This document shows, piece after piece, positions 36,096 through 49,241 of a DNA stretch of 64,000 nt. A model generated the notes under the pieces. That model was not told where the DNA came from. It saw only the letters and a list, made by a program, of their open reading frames with translations, and ran no database searches. Position 1 is the stretch's first letter; each line of letters begins with the position of its first letter. The DNA is from Eutreptiella sp. 'Long Island Sound 2002' (lineage: Eukaryota > Protista > Euglenida): positions 132,370,001 through 132,434,000 of the forward strand of contig OZ038378.1 of the NCBI GenBank assembly GCA_964036045.1. Reading direction: 5' to 3'. The translations under genes were made by a program, and so were the position numbers.

Positions 36096-37775
36096 CTAGA
36101 AAGCCTGCTTCAGGAAGCGGTTAAGGCTTTCGACAATGTCATTGGAGAACATTGCCAATCCGAACGGCCAAATGTCATCCAGTACCCGATCCGCATCCTC
36201 CTCCAGGAACACGAGGTAATGGGACGCGGACCTAGGAGCACAATGCTCCCGGAAGGCAGCTGCCGCTGCCCGGCATAGGGGATGCGTACCCACCTGATAT
36301 ATGTGGTACAGGTCCTTCAGGAGCTTCGCCATCCCCATCACAGCCCTATAGAGGGGCTCCTCCGGCCCAACCGACAGCAACAATGCAACATCGGGCCAGG
36401 CCGCAAACAGGCGCGACGTCTCCTCACCATCCCGGGAACAATCCTTGCCTAGGCGGCACCCAGTGCGATGCTCATTCAATACCGCCTGAATCGCCGCACG
36501 GGAAACCTCATCGCCCCCGGCTAGCCGTTCTGCCGCCAACCGCTCAATGTTGGTCATTTGCAACCAGCCCATCGCCATGCAACAGTGCAGAATGCACATG
36601 AGAATGCAGCACCGGGCAATGACCACCATTGGTTCCATGGAACAACCTGCGGCCTTCAGCGATGGTGTTCCCAACAACAACGACGTCCGCTGTGCGTGGT
36701 CCGACTCGGTGGTCCGGACCACGTCTTTGCCCCGCCACACAGCGGCGTCGGAGTCCCAAATCCCATCGTTGTATAGTGACCCCACTTGTGGGGCCGGTGT
36801 GATCCCGATAATGCGGCGCACCCACGGGGAATCACCACCGAGCCAGGCATCGGCCGCTTCCTCATGGGAACTGAAGACCAGCCGGTGGGTGTCCACGACC
36901 TCCTGGATGGCCTAAGAAAAAAACATCAATTTTGTTTGAACAAGGTTGTTCCGGTGGCGGTTCCAACCAAACACTTGAAAGTCGCCGGAACGTCGCCGAA
37001 ACAAGTTATCGGAACGTCGCCGGAACAACACGGTGTGTGCGCGGCACACCTTAATATTGTCTTCCCAAAGGGTTGCTAGGGTCGCCATCGCTTTGTCCCC
37101 GCAGATTGCGAGGCCGATGACCCACACGCAGGCGGGAATTCGTCCCCAAAGGCCCATGTTGGAGATGGACACAGACAATTGGGACCACTCCCCGCCTGCG
37201 CAGGGGTAGCCATCCCCCCTGACAATGAAAGTCAGGGGGAACGACCAATGGATCATGCGGCACAACGGGGGCTGGCTAGCAATGTAGCGCAGCCATGATG
37301 CCCACGGCCAATTGATGCCCGTGGCCTTGGGATCTGAAGTGCTCAGCGCGGGGGCCAGCTCCAAGGGGGCCAGTAGATCTTGCCAGCGCTGCTGGAAAGC
37401 CCTCTCAGGGCAAATCGGACGGGCGAATGGAAGGCCCGTGGTCGCGGTGGACTTCAGCCCCCGGAGGGTGTATACTTCCGAGAGCGTGCGCCAAGCGGAT
37501 TTGGGCGCACGCACGTTGAGGATGAGCCCGCAGCACTCATCCGGGGGGGGGCCCCGGGAGGCGTACTTGGCGATTGCCCCGTGCTGTATCTCTCGTACAC
37601 AGCTTGGTTGGGCCAAGCGCACGGCCACCGCAAATTGGCGGCGGGCGTGTGGAGAGGAGATGGCCCATTCCGCTATGAGCTCCCCAACAAGATCCCCGTC
37701 CCAGAGGCTAACAGCACCAGCCAAATGGAGGAGGTGGGTGGTTAGTTGCGCAACACGGGTTTGCGATCTAGGCAT
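36096..37775 (-). pseudogene. DDE transposase with RAG1/Transib-like motifs; one GT-AG intron (37049-36912); premature TAG at 36096
   Basis: ATG at 37775. The intron AAG|GTGTGC...TTTCTTAG|GCC joins EDNIK to AIQEVVD in frame. Motifs FIVRGDG (D), WLGGDSPWVRRIIG (D), CILHC, NDIVESLNRF (E); past the stop, EHSARGGG...RQVLQWVFLY. Confidence 0.75.
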
Positions 37776-40700
37776 GATGAAGCTACAACAATGAACTACG
37801 AAGCGAAATTTGGCAATCCATACCTCTAGGGGAAGATGCCCGTAGAGCCACCGAGCATTCAGGCAAGGAACAAATACCAAAATGGGACCCTAGGCATGGC
37901 CACAATGCACAAATCAAACGGGAGAACGTGGACGCCAACGTTGAAAAGTCATACAACGCTGCGTCTGAACTACAAGCAACAACAGGCTTGCAAATGGATA
38001 CGAAAGGTTCGAAATGGGTACACGTAGTGGAAGGTGGCACCAACGGCCCACAACATGTCAACATGGCCCCGATGGGAAAGACAAGCCTTGGACGCGTTAC
38101 ACATGCAAGAAAGAGACAAAAAACATCATTTACGAACTTGGAAACTCATGGTGATGGATCTGGTTATCTGGCCTGCGACACTTCTTCCAGTGGTGTTCCC
38201 AAAGAAATTGGTCTGGCGGGAATCGTTCCCATTGGGAACATTCTAGTCGGGAACAACATTGGGTTTCAAACGCGTACCAAGGGCACTACCCCTTATGCAC
38301 GGCGCCCCCCCAGGGGGCCCGCATGTGCTGCAGCTAGCAGGGTCCCCAGGCTACAGCGGGACTCCCCCCCGATATACCCATAGCCCCTACAGACCCCAAC
38401 AGCCACTGCTACAGATCCACTCCCAGGCGGCCTACCCCGCGTAGTATCTGCGGGAACCGCGCTATGGGCTGCCCGAGCCCCCCACGCCGCCCTCACCGCT
38501 GCCAGCAGTACCGCCCCCTGATCACCAAGACTTGAAACGCCTACCTGCGAGGCCATGTGGCAGGCCTCGACCGCCGCTCTGAGAACCCTACGCCCCCTCA
38601 CCGGGCTGCGTAGCAAGCACTTCCGGCACGACATGAGCCCAGCGCCGTTGTGGCCGGCGGGACGGCAACGGGAGGACCACCGTGCCGTGGCGCCCGCACA
38701 AGAGCCGCAAGGCCCCGAAACCTCCCCGCTGCCGACCCCCTTCCCCCGCCGCCGCGGGCGTATGGAGAGCCGGGAGCCCAAGGCCCAGCCACCTACTGGC
38801 ACCCCACACCGGCCGCGTACTCACAACCTCACGGGCAACCAGACAACACCAGGCCTCATGGCCCCCCGCCCACCAACGACGCAATTGCTCCAAGATGGGC
38901 ACCCGCACACGCCCCAAAAGCGGCGTGCCGGGACAACGGAGCCTACCGCGGCTCTCCGAGGTCCAAGCGACACCGCCCCAGAAAGAGCGTCGCAAGCCCC
39001 GCAGCAACCCCGCAACAAGGATGCGCCCACCGTCCTGCATATACGACGCCTCCCGGCAGGATGGTCCCACCCTGATTCGGCAGACCCTTTTATGTGGATG
39101 GATGGGGCGGTGGGAGTAGCGGAGGCCTTCTATGGGGAAGAAAATCATGGATACCTCACCATCCGCTCCAACACCCAAGTGGTGGCTGTGTGCTTTGTGG
39201 TCGGCGCTGCCCTAGGGAAAGCAGCGCCCCCGCAGGGGTGGTTGCCGGCGGCTATCCATTGTGTACACTATGATGTCATGTGTGGCCTCACGGTGTACAA
39301 ACGGCACGACACCCCGGCCGAGGGCCGTCGGGAAACGCTGCCCTCGGAGGAAGCTCCCCGGAGAACCGATTGGCCGCCCCTCACAGAGGCCGACGTCAGC
39401 GCCTCATAGTTGACGCCGTTCGCCCACCGCCGCGTGTGGTACCTTCACCAGTTAGGCCGCCCACAGAAATACCCACAGCTCGCGCTCCGAACGATGCTGT
39501 GCGACCCCTACCGGTCGGCCCGCCCCCCCCCGGTGCTCCCGGCTGCAAAGCCAATGCAACCCTCCCCGGGTCCAAATCCCCCGCAGCCAAAGAGCCAGGC
39601 GGGAATGCCAGCACTGCAAAGGGAGCCACCTGCGGCTCCGGTAGACTCACCGTAACCTAAGGCGGCGGGCGCAGATGGGCGAGGTAGCCAGCTTCGCTTG
39701 AGCCTTCCCAGTAAGATCTGGCAAGCCCCCTGCCCCCGCGCTGTGCAAAGCTCCGAAAGGCCCTTACCCAGCGGCGCCGTGGCAGATGCCCCGCAGTCCG
39801 GCCCCCTGGAACGCCCGCCATTAGCACGGGTGAGGATGTGCCAGGTCTTGATTGACAAGGACCTCCCTATGGCGTACCAAGCGCCTGCGCCAGCAGAAGC
39901 CCAGCTGGCCCCCCCGGCTGACGCCTCTCAGACGACCCACCAGCCCACGGCCCCCCAGGCCTCGAAGGGAATCCGGAATCCGGATGCCCTGATGCTGGAA
40001 GGCGCCGCGGAGGAACAGGCCGTGGAATGGTGTGATGCCTGCCACTTCTGGCGGCCCCGCCCTTGTGGCCAGTGCCCCCCGCGGCCAAACTCTCTGGCAA
40101 CCAATGAAACTATCGCGGAGTACGCCCTCGGGGGCGGACCAGCATCAGAGGCCGCTCACGATGATCGGCCCTATGCCGCCCCACCTGCCTTGGATGCGGA
40201 GGCCCCACGCATTATCGCCTCCCTCCAGCCATCCCCCATAGACGTGGACGCCTCCTAGTGCACGGCCACCCAGTTAGCCATACTCATGGGGGATGACGAT
40301 GACGGCCTCAGCCCTCCCGACGCCTCGCAGCCGGGCGCATCTGATGAAGACCCCGAACTGCGTGCTGAAGGCCCCCTCGAAGGCACCCTAGGCAATGTGC
40401 ACCCGCATGAGTCCCGCCTAGCCGCGCTCATGAATGACACCTCCCTGGAGGAGGCATACCGCTGCAGGGCCATGGACGTCGTTGTCTTCCTCAACGGCGA
40501 ACGCTTGTCGGGGGAGGAACGCCGCATGCGTGCGGCGGGCAAGGAGACCATCCCTGTCCCCGGCCCCCATTCCCCTGAGAGTGACGGCCTCTCCCCCCTC
40601 CTGGCACAGTATGCCAAGCGGACCCGCGAGCTGCTGCAGCTCGTGGAGTTCACCCTGGGGGTCCCCTCCTTCTCCCTCTCCAGCTAGGAGGGGGATGCCG

Positions 40701-41439
40701 TCCCGACACCCGAAGGGAACACACGCCCTGAGTGGTGGCTCCAAGCCATGGCATATGCGTATGCGTGGTCTGCCCCGCCCCCAGCCCGAGCAGTGCCCGC
40801 AGAGAGGCGGGCTTTGGTGTTGGTATGCCAATGCCCAGTGCATGTCCCGCGAGGTACCCAAGCTACCGCCCCCCGCCCCGCCCGCACAAAAAATCTCCGT
40901 CAAGCGTGGGGACCGGTATGCCCCGGTGGACACGGAGCGGCTGGACCTCGGGGACCACCAGACCACTCTCACCTCGCCCGCATGCACCCCTAGTCATCGC
41001 CACGCCCATGTCAGCAAAGGCCATCTGCAACAAGACCGAGGTGGGACTGGTCCTGGTCCCCTCGGGCCCGGGAGCCCAGCAACTCAGGGACGCCGACTAG
41101 AAGGGCTGAAGCGCGATCTGGCTGAGCTACATCCCAGCCCTCCAGCCGGCCAGCCCCACACGTTGCAAAGTCTTGGGAGTGCGGGCAGGTCCTCTGAGAC
41201 TGGATAGTGCCCAGGCTCAACGGCGAACGGCCGGCAGGGACCCCTTCCCTGAGCAGTGTCCTCAGCCTCATAGGGCGTGACCTGCGTGCCGCCCAGAAGG
41301 CAGCCAACAGCTGGGCACCGGATGTGAGCCCCTAGGACGAGCCCAATCCTGCCGACCGGCGCCGGGTGCCAGAGGACCACGGCCCCATGCCGTCCCAGAA
41401 TTGCGAGCACGCCGGAAGACGCGCATGCCATCGGGTAGG

Positions 41440-42115
41440 TGTGGCTCAATGTCCGCGGTGGGTACCCGTGGCAACACCCGCTGGCGCGGGCTCTAGACAT
41501 GGCGGCACACCGCCCCACGATCCTCATCCTCGCCGAGGCCCAGTTCAAGGCGGGCCTAGAGGACCACCCTTTCCGGGACTACACCACGCACATCGTGCTC
41601 CCTACCCATGGGAAGACGAGGACGGATTTCGATGTGTATGTGCGCACCAGGATTACTGGCCGAGCAACCCTACTCTGGGGCAAGGAGGACGCGGACGACC
41701 TCCTCATGGAAGTGTTGACCCCGTGGGAAAAGCACCACATAATGGCGGCCCATGCCCCCCGAGTCAACATTGGCGTGAAGCCATATGTGCGATGGTGGGC
41801 GCCCATCTGGGGCGAGGTCACATGCATCGTGGACCCGGCGACCATCCTGGTGGCGACCAACACCAACTCGGCGGCCCGACTGTAGGACCGGAAAACTCCG
41901 CGCCCTGATGACACAGGCCACCGCACGTTCCTGCAGGCCTTCAGCCTCAGTGACCCGCTGGACCTGCACCCCGTCCCGCAAGGGACGTACTCCTACTTCC
42001 AAGGGACTGCACGCTCCCGCATCGACCCGGGTGCCTGCCACAGCGAGGCGCAATTCACCCTAGCTTCTTACCACTACTAGGGAAGCAGCCTCCTCTCAGA
42101 CCACCGTGTCCCCCT
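41440..42115 (+). pseudogene. APE endonuclease domain, LINE B
   Basis: WLNVRG, ILILAE, AHAP, TYSYFQG..SRID, LLSDH. Confidence 0.88.
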
Positions 42116-42989
42116 GCTCTTCACCGTCGCCTTTGCGGTGGTCCGGCTGGACAAACCCAGCCCTCATACAGTCTCCTGCACGCCGGAGTACCACTTGGGC
42201 TCAGTGGCTTTGTACCCAGCGGACGCAGCAGATTTCCAGGGCTCGATGCTCCCCAAAAGAGACATAGACCCCCATGTCGCCCCAGCCCGGTGGCACAAAG
42301 GGCTACAAAGGGCAATCTACGATTGGGTGCATGCCACAGGCAGGGTGCGGGCCCTCCGATTCCGGCACTACCGCCTCCGGGCCCCCCCTACGGAGCGAGC
42401 CCCGCCTGGAAAGGCTCCCCAACCGCCTTTCCCGGCGCGTAGTATGCTCCCCTTCGTGGGACGTCTGCCGGCGGCAGCCCAATACATGTTTGGCACATCC
42501 GTGGCGGTGGGGCACGCACTCAAAAGGAGCCTTGTGGCGCTGGGGACGCCAAGCGCCAACAACGCCTCCGGGATATCAATGAGCAAGCTTTCTCGCCCAC
42601 GCAGGAGACCCGCGACCTCTGTCGTGCCCCAGAGCAGTGGAGGGGGGTGCAACGGCGCAGCCGGGGGACCCCGCGGGATATCTCGGAAATCCCCTTGGAC
42701 AGCAAGGCACTCCCAAACCCGAGTGAGACATTGTGTGCCTGCTACTTGAGCCGCATGCGGCTCCAGCGCCGCAGCTACCGGATCCGGGACGACCCCGAAT
42801 TGTGGGCCCGTTTCAAACGACACCTGGAGCTTTTGCCGCAGCATACCCCACCGGCACGGGCTGCCTATGTGGAGCCTCGCCACCTCTGGGAGGTGCAAGG
42901 CGGCGAAATATGCGGCCTAGACCTCCTCTTCTCCGAGGCGGACGTCTGCATGGACATCTCCTAGTACCGGCACCAAACGGAGGCGGACC

Positions 42990-43900
42990 AGGTGGCTGTT
43001 TGCCCCATCGTGCACAGACCCCTAGTATGCCGCACGGTGGGCAGGCGTGCACGGGTGACCCTACTCGTTAGAAACCGAGACCAACCCATCGAAGAGGCCA
43101 ACCTCCGGGGCATTACCATCTCCTCCCACGTCTCCAAGCCGGAGCCTACGTCCTTCTATGCCCTGGCGACACATATCTACGGTGGGCTCTAGGGGGCCCC
43201 TGTCTCGTAGGAGGCATGCGCGGAGTGTCCCTCCAGGAAGTGGTCCACGCACTGCACATGAAGTTGGACCCCGCGAAACTTCAACACTGAGTGGTGGACG
43301 TCCTAATTACGGACCTCGCAAAGTACTTAGAAGTAATCGCCCAAGAGGTCCACCCAATCGTGGGAGCCCGAGTGGGCATAGGGAAAGCGGACCACCTTGC
43401 CACCGACACCGAAGGGTTCTCGTACACCCTGCCATTAGGCCCCTGGCAGTCGAGTACCCTGACCCAGCTCTTGGATACTCCCCAAGGCACCATCCAGGGG
43501 GTCCATGCGGGCGCCACGGCGGCTCTCCCATTCTTGCGCCTCATGGACATTGCATATAGGGCCTTTGCGGTGGAGCCGTTCCGCTTCCCAGGGCTGCTGC
43601 GCGTGGACGACACAATTGTCCTCCTGGAACTGGGCGAGGCCCGCCCTGTATAGGGGGTCCTGCTGGATCAGCGGACACACTACCAAGGCATCTTGCGGGT
43701 AGATGTCCCGGACCGCAAAATCTAGCACAGGTCGAACTCAGACCGCCGGACCCTGCGATCGACCAATCTGGCAGCCGTGGCCTGCCACGAGGGCCGCACG
43801 TGGGTGACGGATACCCCGGGGCAGCGGGAGGAGGCGCTAGCCGGAGCCCCGGAAATCCAGCCCTGCCGGGTTCTTCGCTATATGGGGACGGACATCTACT
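42990..43900 (+). pseudogene. Reverse transcriptase domain, LINE B
   Basis: NLRGITI, TDLAKYLE, GTIQG, LLRVDDTIV (43600-43611), LRYMG. Confidence 0.85.
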
Positions 43901-45152
43901 CCAAGGCACACTCGCGGTCCCTGAAACCTGCAAGAGATCCGGGCGGCGATATGGAGGCAACTCTGCTCCTAGCGTCTCTGCGCGGACGCGGCCATGGTGG
44001 TGCTAATGGCAAAGCTCCCGAGTAAGTTGCTCCCCCTAGCCAGGGTCTACCACCCAACAACCCAGGTGCAGGCAGCCAACAACGCCCTGATGGTGAGGGC
44101 TAACGTGCACATCACGGGAATCTCCCGCCATGCCCACACGGAAGTACACTGGGGGCCTTGGGAGCATGGTTGCCAGGGCTTGACCCGGTCCACACTCGCG
44201 TGCCAAACCGCGGTCGTCCGAGAGTGGGTCCGGCAAGGGGCCTGGGCCAAGGAGGAATTCCGGGACTCCCAATCCTTTGCCCTCGAAGCACACCGGGCCC
44301 TCAAGGGGGGATGTCCAGCGGTACTCACCCAAGGGTAGTACACCCACCACCCGAGGTGCCCCCACCTCATCGCCACGCTTCAGCGGGTAGTGGACGATGT
44401 AACCATGCCCATGTGGATGCCGGGTCCGTGCTTAGGAACGACCCCCAACTTGGTGCATGGCCCCGGCGGGCCCCGGGAGGGCGTAGCAGCGGCCCTTGCC
44501 CACAGGTGAAGATGTACCCAACTCATTATGGCGATGTCGTACAAGTGATCCTCCCCCCGACGATCTACGAAACGGTGCAAGACCTAGGGTACCATGACTT
44601 GGGTGACGTGTACACTAAGGACTGCCGTGTCAAATGGTGACGTACCTTGAAGGAGAGGGCACCGACCCGCAAGGGTATCCTTGGCCTTACGGTGTGGCAG
44701 ACCCGCCACGATGCCGTCCTGGCGCCCCTTCTGAGGGTGCGCCCGCAGCGGAGGCAGGCCGTGCCCAAGGACCGGATCCCGGGCGCCGTACTTCCAAACC
44801 CGCCGGAAGTGGTCATCGGAGGCCGAGTGGCCAAGACCACCCGGATGGACACCGTATACCACGGGGGACATCCAATCCAGGTGACCACGGCCATGAAGGA
44901 AACGGTGGAGGCCGCGGACTAGGAGCCGGCGCTGCGAGTGTGCTGCCAACCTCCGAACACAATGCCAAGCGACACCGCGCTGCACCGCCTCCTCGGGGCC
45001 CTCCTGAACGTCCAAGTAGAGGTCAACGCGCCCCTGCATGCCATGCTATGGGACGAACGCCCGGCGTGTCCGTGGCCAAACTGCGAAGCGAAGGGGTATG
45101 GCTCCCCATCATCGTGTGGATGTCCGCGCCCCCGGCCAACGCCTACTAGCAG

Positions 45153-46241
45153 TTGGCCCAGGCGTTGCGGACCCTCCTAATCACCGTCACCGCGGCGATC
45201 CCACGGTTCCCGTGGATAGCCATAGCCCCAATGGCACTGGCAAAATTCAAGTACCAAGCGGAGTGTGTGGCACGCAAATGCGCGGGACACCCGAGTAAGG
45301 GGGCCCTCTACAACTCCCTCAATGCGGCGGGTACAGTACCGGCGGAGCAAGGCCGTGCCATGCGAACCCACCTCCAGCAGCACCACGGCGACCTCTCGGC
45401 GCCGCACGGCCGGGCTACCGATCCCTCGCAAGCGCTAGCCCCCAAAGTCGGGCCCGGTATTTGGTTCCATGGCCTGCCGGCGCTAGCCACTAGCACCGTC
45501 GCCGCGGCGGATGTCAGAACCAGGCAAGCATGGCAATCAGCCTCGAGGGTGGTCACCTCCCAAGAGGGAGAGGCCATGATCCTCCTCTCGTACGTCCGCA
45601 TGCTAGAGCAACAGCCAGGAGTATATTGGCTGGTGCCGGACTCCGAGGTAGCGATTGGGGCCCTCCGCACGTACCAGGAGGGGGGCCATGGTGGGGATGG
45701 AATACATCACCTCTACGCCGCAATTCACGAGGGCAAATGCCTCTCCCCGAGGTGGGTCATCAATGTGGTTCCGACGCCGTCGCACTGGATAACGGGATTG
45801 AACGTCCGTGCAGATGCAGCGACGCAAGAGCCACCAGAGGTAGACCTTACATGGCTCCTCCGGCGCCCTTTCTCCTTGCTCCCTCCGGTAACCTACGGGG
45901 TTCAGTGTCAGTTCTCCCCGACTGCACCAAGCGACCGGTTGCAGGATCGAGCCAGCGTACCGGCGCAGGCCGGCTATGAGGCTGGGTGGGGATTGAACTA
46001 CGTGTCGGGAGACGGGCTCCCCCTCGACTGGTTCATTCGTGACCAGCAGCGCCACATCACGGCGCACCGCATGGACAACATCCCTACTATGACTGTCCTC
46101 GCGAATCGGTCCTCCCACGAAGACACGGTGCCGCACACCACGCGTCTTCTCCGTTGGTCGCAACCCGAGACGGTACGCCACCTCCGGACCTGCTCGGCCC
46201 AGTCCCATGAGTGGGAGCCAGCCCGCAGACAACTCGCGTAA
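45153..46241 (+). pseudogene. RNase H and C-terminal region, LINE B
   Basis: EGEAMIL, VPDSEVAI, PSHWITGLNVRAD; ETVRHLRTC knuckle remnant. Confidence 0.8.
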
Positions 46242-46390
46242 TGGCTCGACCACAAGGTGGGGACCTGGGCAACCCCGGTGCGCCACCAGCTGTGGGAGCC
46301 AGGTGTATTGGAGCGGTGTGCAGCAGCCTTGCGGACCCCCTCTTTGCAGCAGGCCCACATGGAGTGTCTAGGGCCGCACGCGCTGAGTTC

Positions 46391-46825
46391 AAACCGGCTG
46401 TCGGTCGCAGGGCAGTCAAAAGCAACAAACATGCAAGCAAAGGACGTATAAGACATTCCACATGCAGACCAAGCTGCCAACCCAGATGCAGACCAAGCTG
46501 CCAACGTCAAAGATCCCAGGCTGCCTGGGTGCGGCGCTATGTGCCAGTGTACGCGCCGAAAAGATAAAATCTCCGGAAGGGCGAGTGCGCCTGTCTGCTC
46601 ATGTAAAAATGAAAAGCAGACTGCACAGGGAAAAGGAAGCAACGTGCAGTCCAGAATTACAGTCATGGCGGAGACTGCTGCTGTCCCTGCTACCGACAGC
46701 CTCCATCAGAACTTCAATACAGCGTATAGGGGTTTAAACCGGCTGTCGGTCGCAGGGCAGTCAAAAGCAGCACACATGCAACCAAAGGACGTATAAGGCA
46801 TTCCACATGCAGACCAAGCTGCCAA
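46391..46825. repeat. 3' split-direct-repeat block (B2, spacer, A2, B1 on the + strand)
   Basis: aaaccggctgtcggtcgcagggcagtcaaaagc...gctgccaa occurs twice; the A copy matches 52337-52480. Confidence 0.95.
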
Positions 46826-47154
46826 ACCTTATACGGGCGAATGCGAGAATCATCGCAGACGCCATGCAAACCTCTGGAGAAAATGGAGACAAATAAAGCG
46901 ATTCGGCACACCTTTCCAAGCTGCCTGCCGGCGCTTAACACTGTCAGTTACATCACTGTGCGTGTGAAAGGATCCTAGCCTACTAGGCGGGTCTGCAGGA
47001 TTCAAATCCGTGCTCACCCTGAAAACGCCCATAGGGCGATCATTCCAGCTCATGAGTCAGAAGAGCTGGCGAAATAGCCTCTGCTGCCTGCGCAAAAAAA
47101 TTCCCCCACGCATGCCTAAAATATGTGCCCTACCGACGTCGCTGTCTGTGGCTA

Positions 47155-47896
47155 CTACAACATAAGGCAATCGCATATAGCAACCCAAGCATACAGCTCT
47201 GCCTGCTGTAAAGTACTGATCCACGTGGGTGCCTTACGGCAGAGCCATCGCCTGCCCTCCCTCACAATCCCGATCCTGTACCTGCCCCTCGTACTCCTCT
47301 CAGCGGCATCAGTGAAGAAAACACACTCTGCCGCAGGCAACTGAGGCAACCAGGGCGAAGGTGCAAAGCACTGCGGGGTCAGGGCAAGGGCAATTGCAGT
47401 CATCAGCGCCCTACGCATGCCTTTTCTAAAATCACAAAAATCGCCCAACTTCCAACAGTGTCCCCCAGCAACAAATGGGGCCAGCCCTGCATTGGGCCTC
47501 AGAGCCCACTCAAGCTTGCCCAACAGTCGCGCAGCCAACCGTGCGCTCAGCTTATTTTGGACAAGGCCCAAAAGCCAGAGTGCAACAACTCCATCAATAA
47601 CCCCGGGCTTATTCTCTACAGTCATGGCAGCAGCAGAAAACTGCTTCCCAATAAAATCCAAGGTCTGGACAGGTTCAATCACACTCTTAGGGTTAATCAG
47701 GAACCCTGCCCGGCCCAAAACACGGCTCACGCGGCGCGCAGCAACGCGGTGATGGTGTCTACCCACAGCAGACAGCAGGACATCGTCCAGGTATGTGACT
47801 CCTCTCGCCCGTAAGTCACGCAGGGCCCTCCTGCCTAGGGCGGAAACAAGCTTCTGGCAAAGCACTGGCGAGTATTTCTACCCAAAGGGCAGACAT
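47155..47896 (-). pseudogene. RT C-terminal half + RNase H of element 2
   Basis: CLPFG*KYSPVLCQ, TYLDD (47793-47782), GFLINPKS, FIGKQF, FFTDAA, QQAELYA. Confidence 0.95.
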
Positions 47897-48645
47897 GGCC
47901 TGGAGCAGAGCACCACGAGGGGATACGCGGCAGCACTCCGGCGGCTGCGGAAAGGAAGTCGGGAGCAGTTTGGGGCGAGCCCACGCCAAGTTCTGGAGTT
48001 GGAGATCAAGGAAACGGTGGCAAGTGAGAACGCGGAGGGAAACCTCAAAACGTTATTGTCCGCCTGCAGGCCGTTGGACAAGTTACGGCTTCATCCCAGC
48101 ATTGCCGAGACAGGTGACTGGCAGGTGGTCAAGTGGTTGGCCAAGTGACGGATACGTGGCAAGTCAACCCTGGTAAGCTGGGCGCCGATGGAATTGTTAG
48201 TCTGCCTGGCGGAGCAGATTGTGGACCCAGCAAGCGCCGAAGTGGTGGCGTTGGCCTGCATCAGCGTGGCATGCCTGCTGCGAGTGGGAGAGGCGGCCAC
48301 AGTGCGCACCAGTGCACGTGGAGACGTCCGGTTCAACGGCAAAAAAGGACGGCCGGGCATCTGGGATGTGGAGGTGGGTCCGTGGACGAAATGGTGGGTG
48401 CCGTTCCTCTGGAAAATATGACGGCTCAGGCACGGGCCTGCCGACTTGCCCTTTTCCTTCCATGACGCGACGAAGTTACAGGCAGGAGGGAAAAAGATTG
48501 TTGGAGGGTCGGATTGCGAAGGGTAAAGGTGGCATGCCCTGCGCAGGTGTGGAGTGGCGGTCGTGTAGTGCTCGGGAGTCCGCATCCAGACGGTCATGCT
48601 CGCGGGAGGATGGGTCATCCCCAGTGTCGCCAAGGATTACTGCCA
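47897..48645 (+). pseudogene. Tyrosine recombinase of element 2 (within the inverted segment)
   Basis: QSTTRGYAAAL (SAM-like), CLLRVGEA, RWHALRR (~48527-48547), AGGW...AKDY (Tyr 48638-48640). Confidence 0.92.
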
Positions 48646-49241
48646 CCCAACGCACGCGTTGTCCTGCGAGAGAAGGATGCAGCTCCCGGTTCCGATGCAC
48701 TGGTTGGGGGGGGGGGAACAGGCGGCGCGTTCCAGTACAGGTCAGAAGAACAACCTGTGGACAGTCTGTGGGCGCGATGGATCCGAGCGGATCTGCGAGA
48801 GAGTGCACCTCAGCGATGCCCTGGAACTGAGGCGAGTGCGGTCGACACAAAGAGACGGAAAAGAACCAAATCCTAGAGCCCACGAGTGCCACGCGCGCAG
48901 AGTACGACAGCGAGTCAAGCAGCGAAGGAGAATACCGGTTCATGGAGTGTGACCGCTGACGAATTGGAGGGCTGCGGCAGGCAAGTGGAAAGACTGATGC
49001 GGCTGCCGGATGCCCCGCGTAGGCAAGAAGGCCTTGTGGCAGGAGGGCTGCTGGCGCTGGGCAGGCTGGCGGCTACTACTGACCCGCGCAAGGGGTTGGG
49101 AAGACTAACACGGGCCCTGGAGACCATCTCGGAGGAGGGCCTCAGTCAAGCGTCGGAGGAGTCATATCATGATGATGAACAGCTGGAGCCGGTGAGCCTG
49201 CAGCTTGCAAGGCGGGGGATCGGAGAAGTGGGCAAGGTTAA

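Larger units (their letters stand above)
38335..46387 (+). mobile_element. Non-LTR retrotransposon B (ORF1 + APE-RT-RNaseH), near full length, decayed; 3' end displaced to ~52485-52780
   Basis: ORF1 has RRM-like VLHIRRLP/NHGYLTI. ORF2 motifs are in order; many TAG stops. The 5' boundary is approximate. Confidence 0.9.

Noticed and set aside
37928-38383. Divergent + strand gene upstream of the transposase
   Set aside because: A 151-aa ORF with no recognisable motif beyond a basic patch, and it runs into LINE B.
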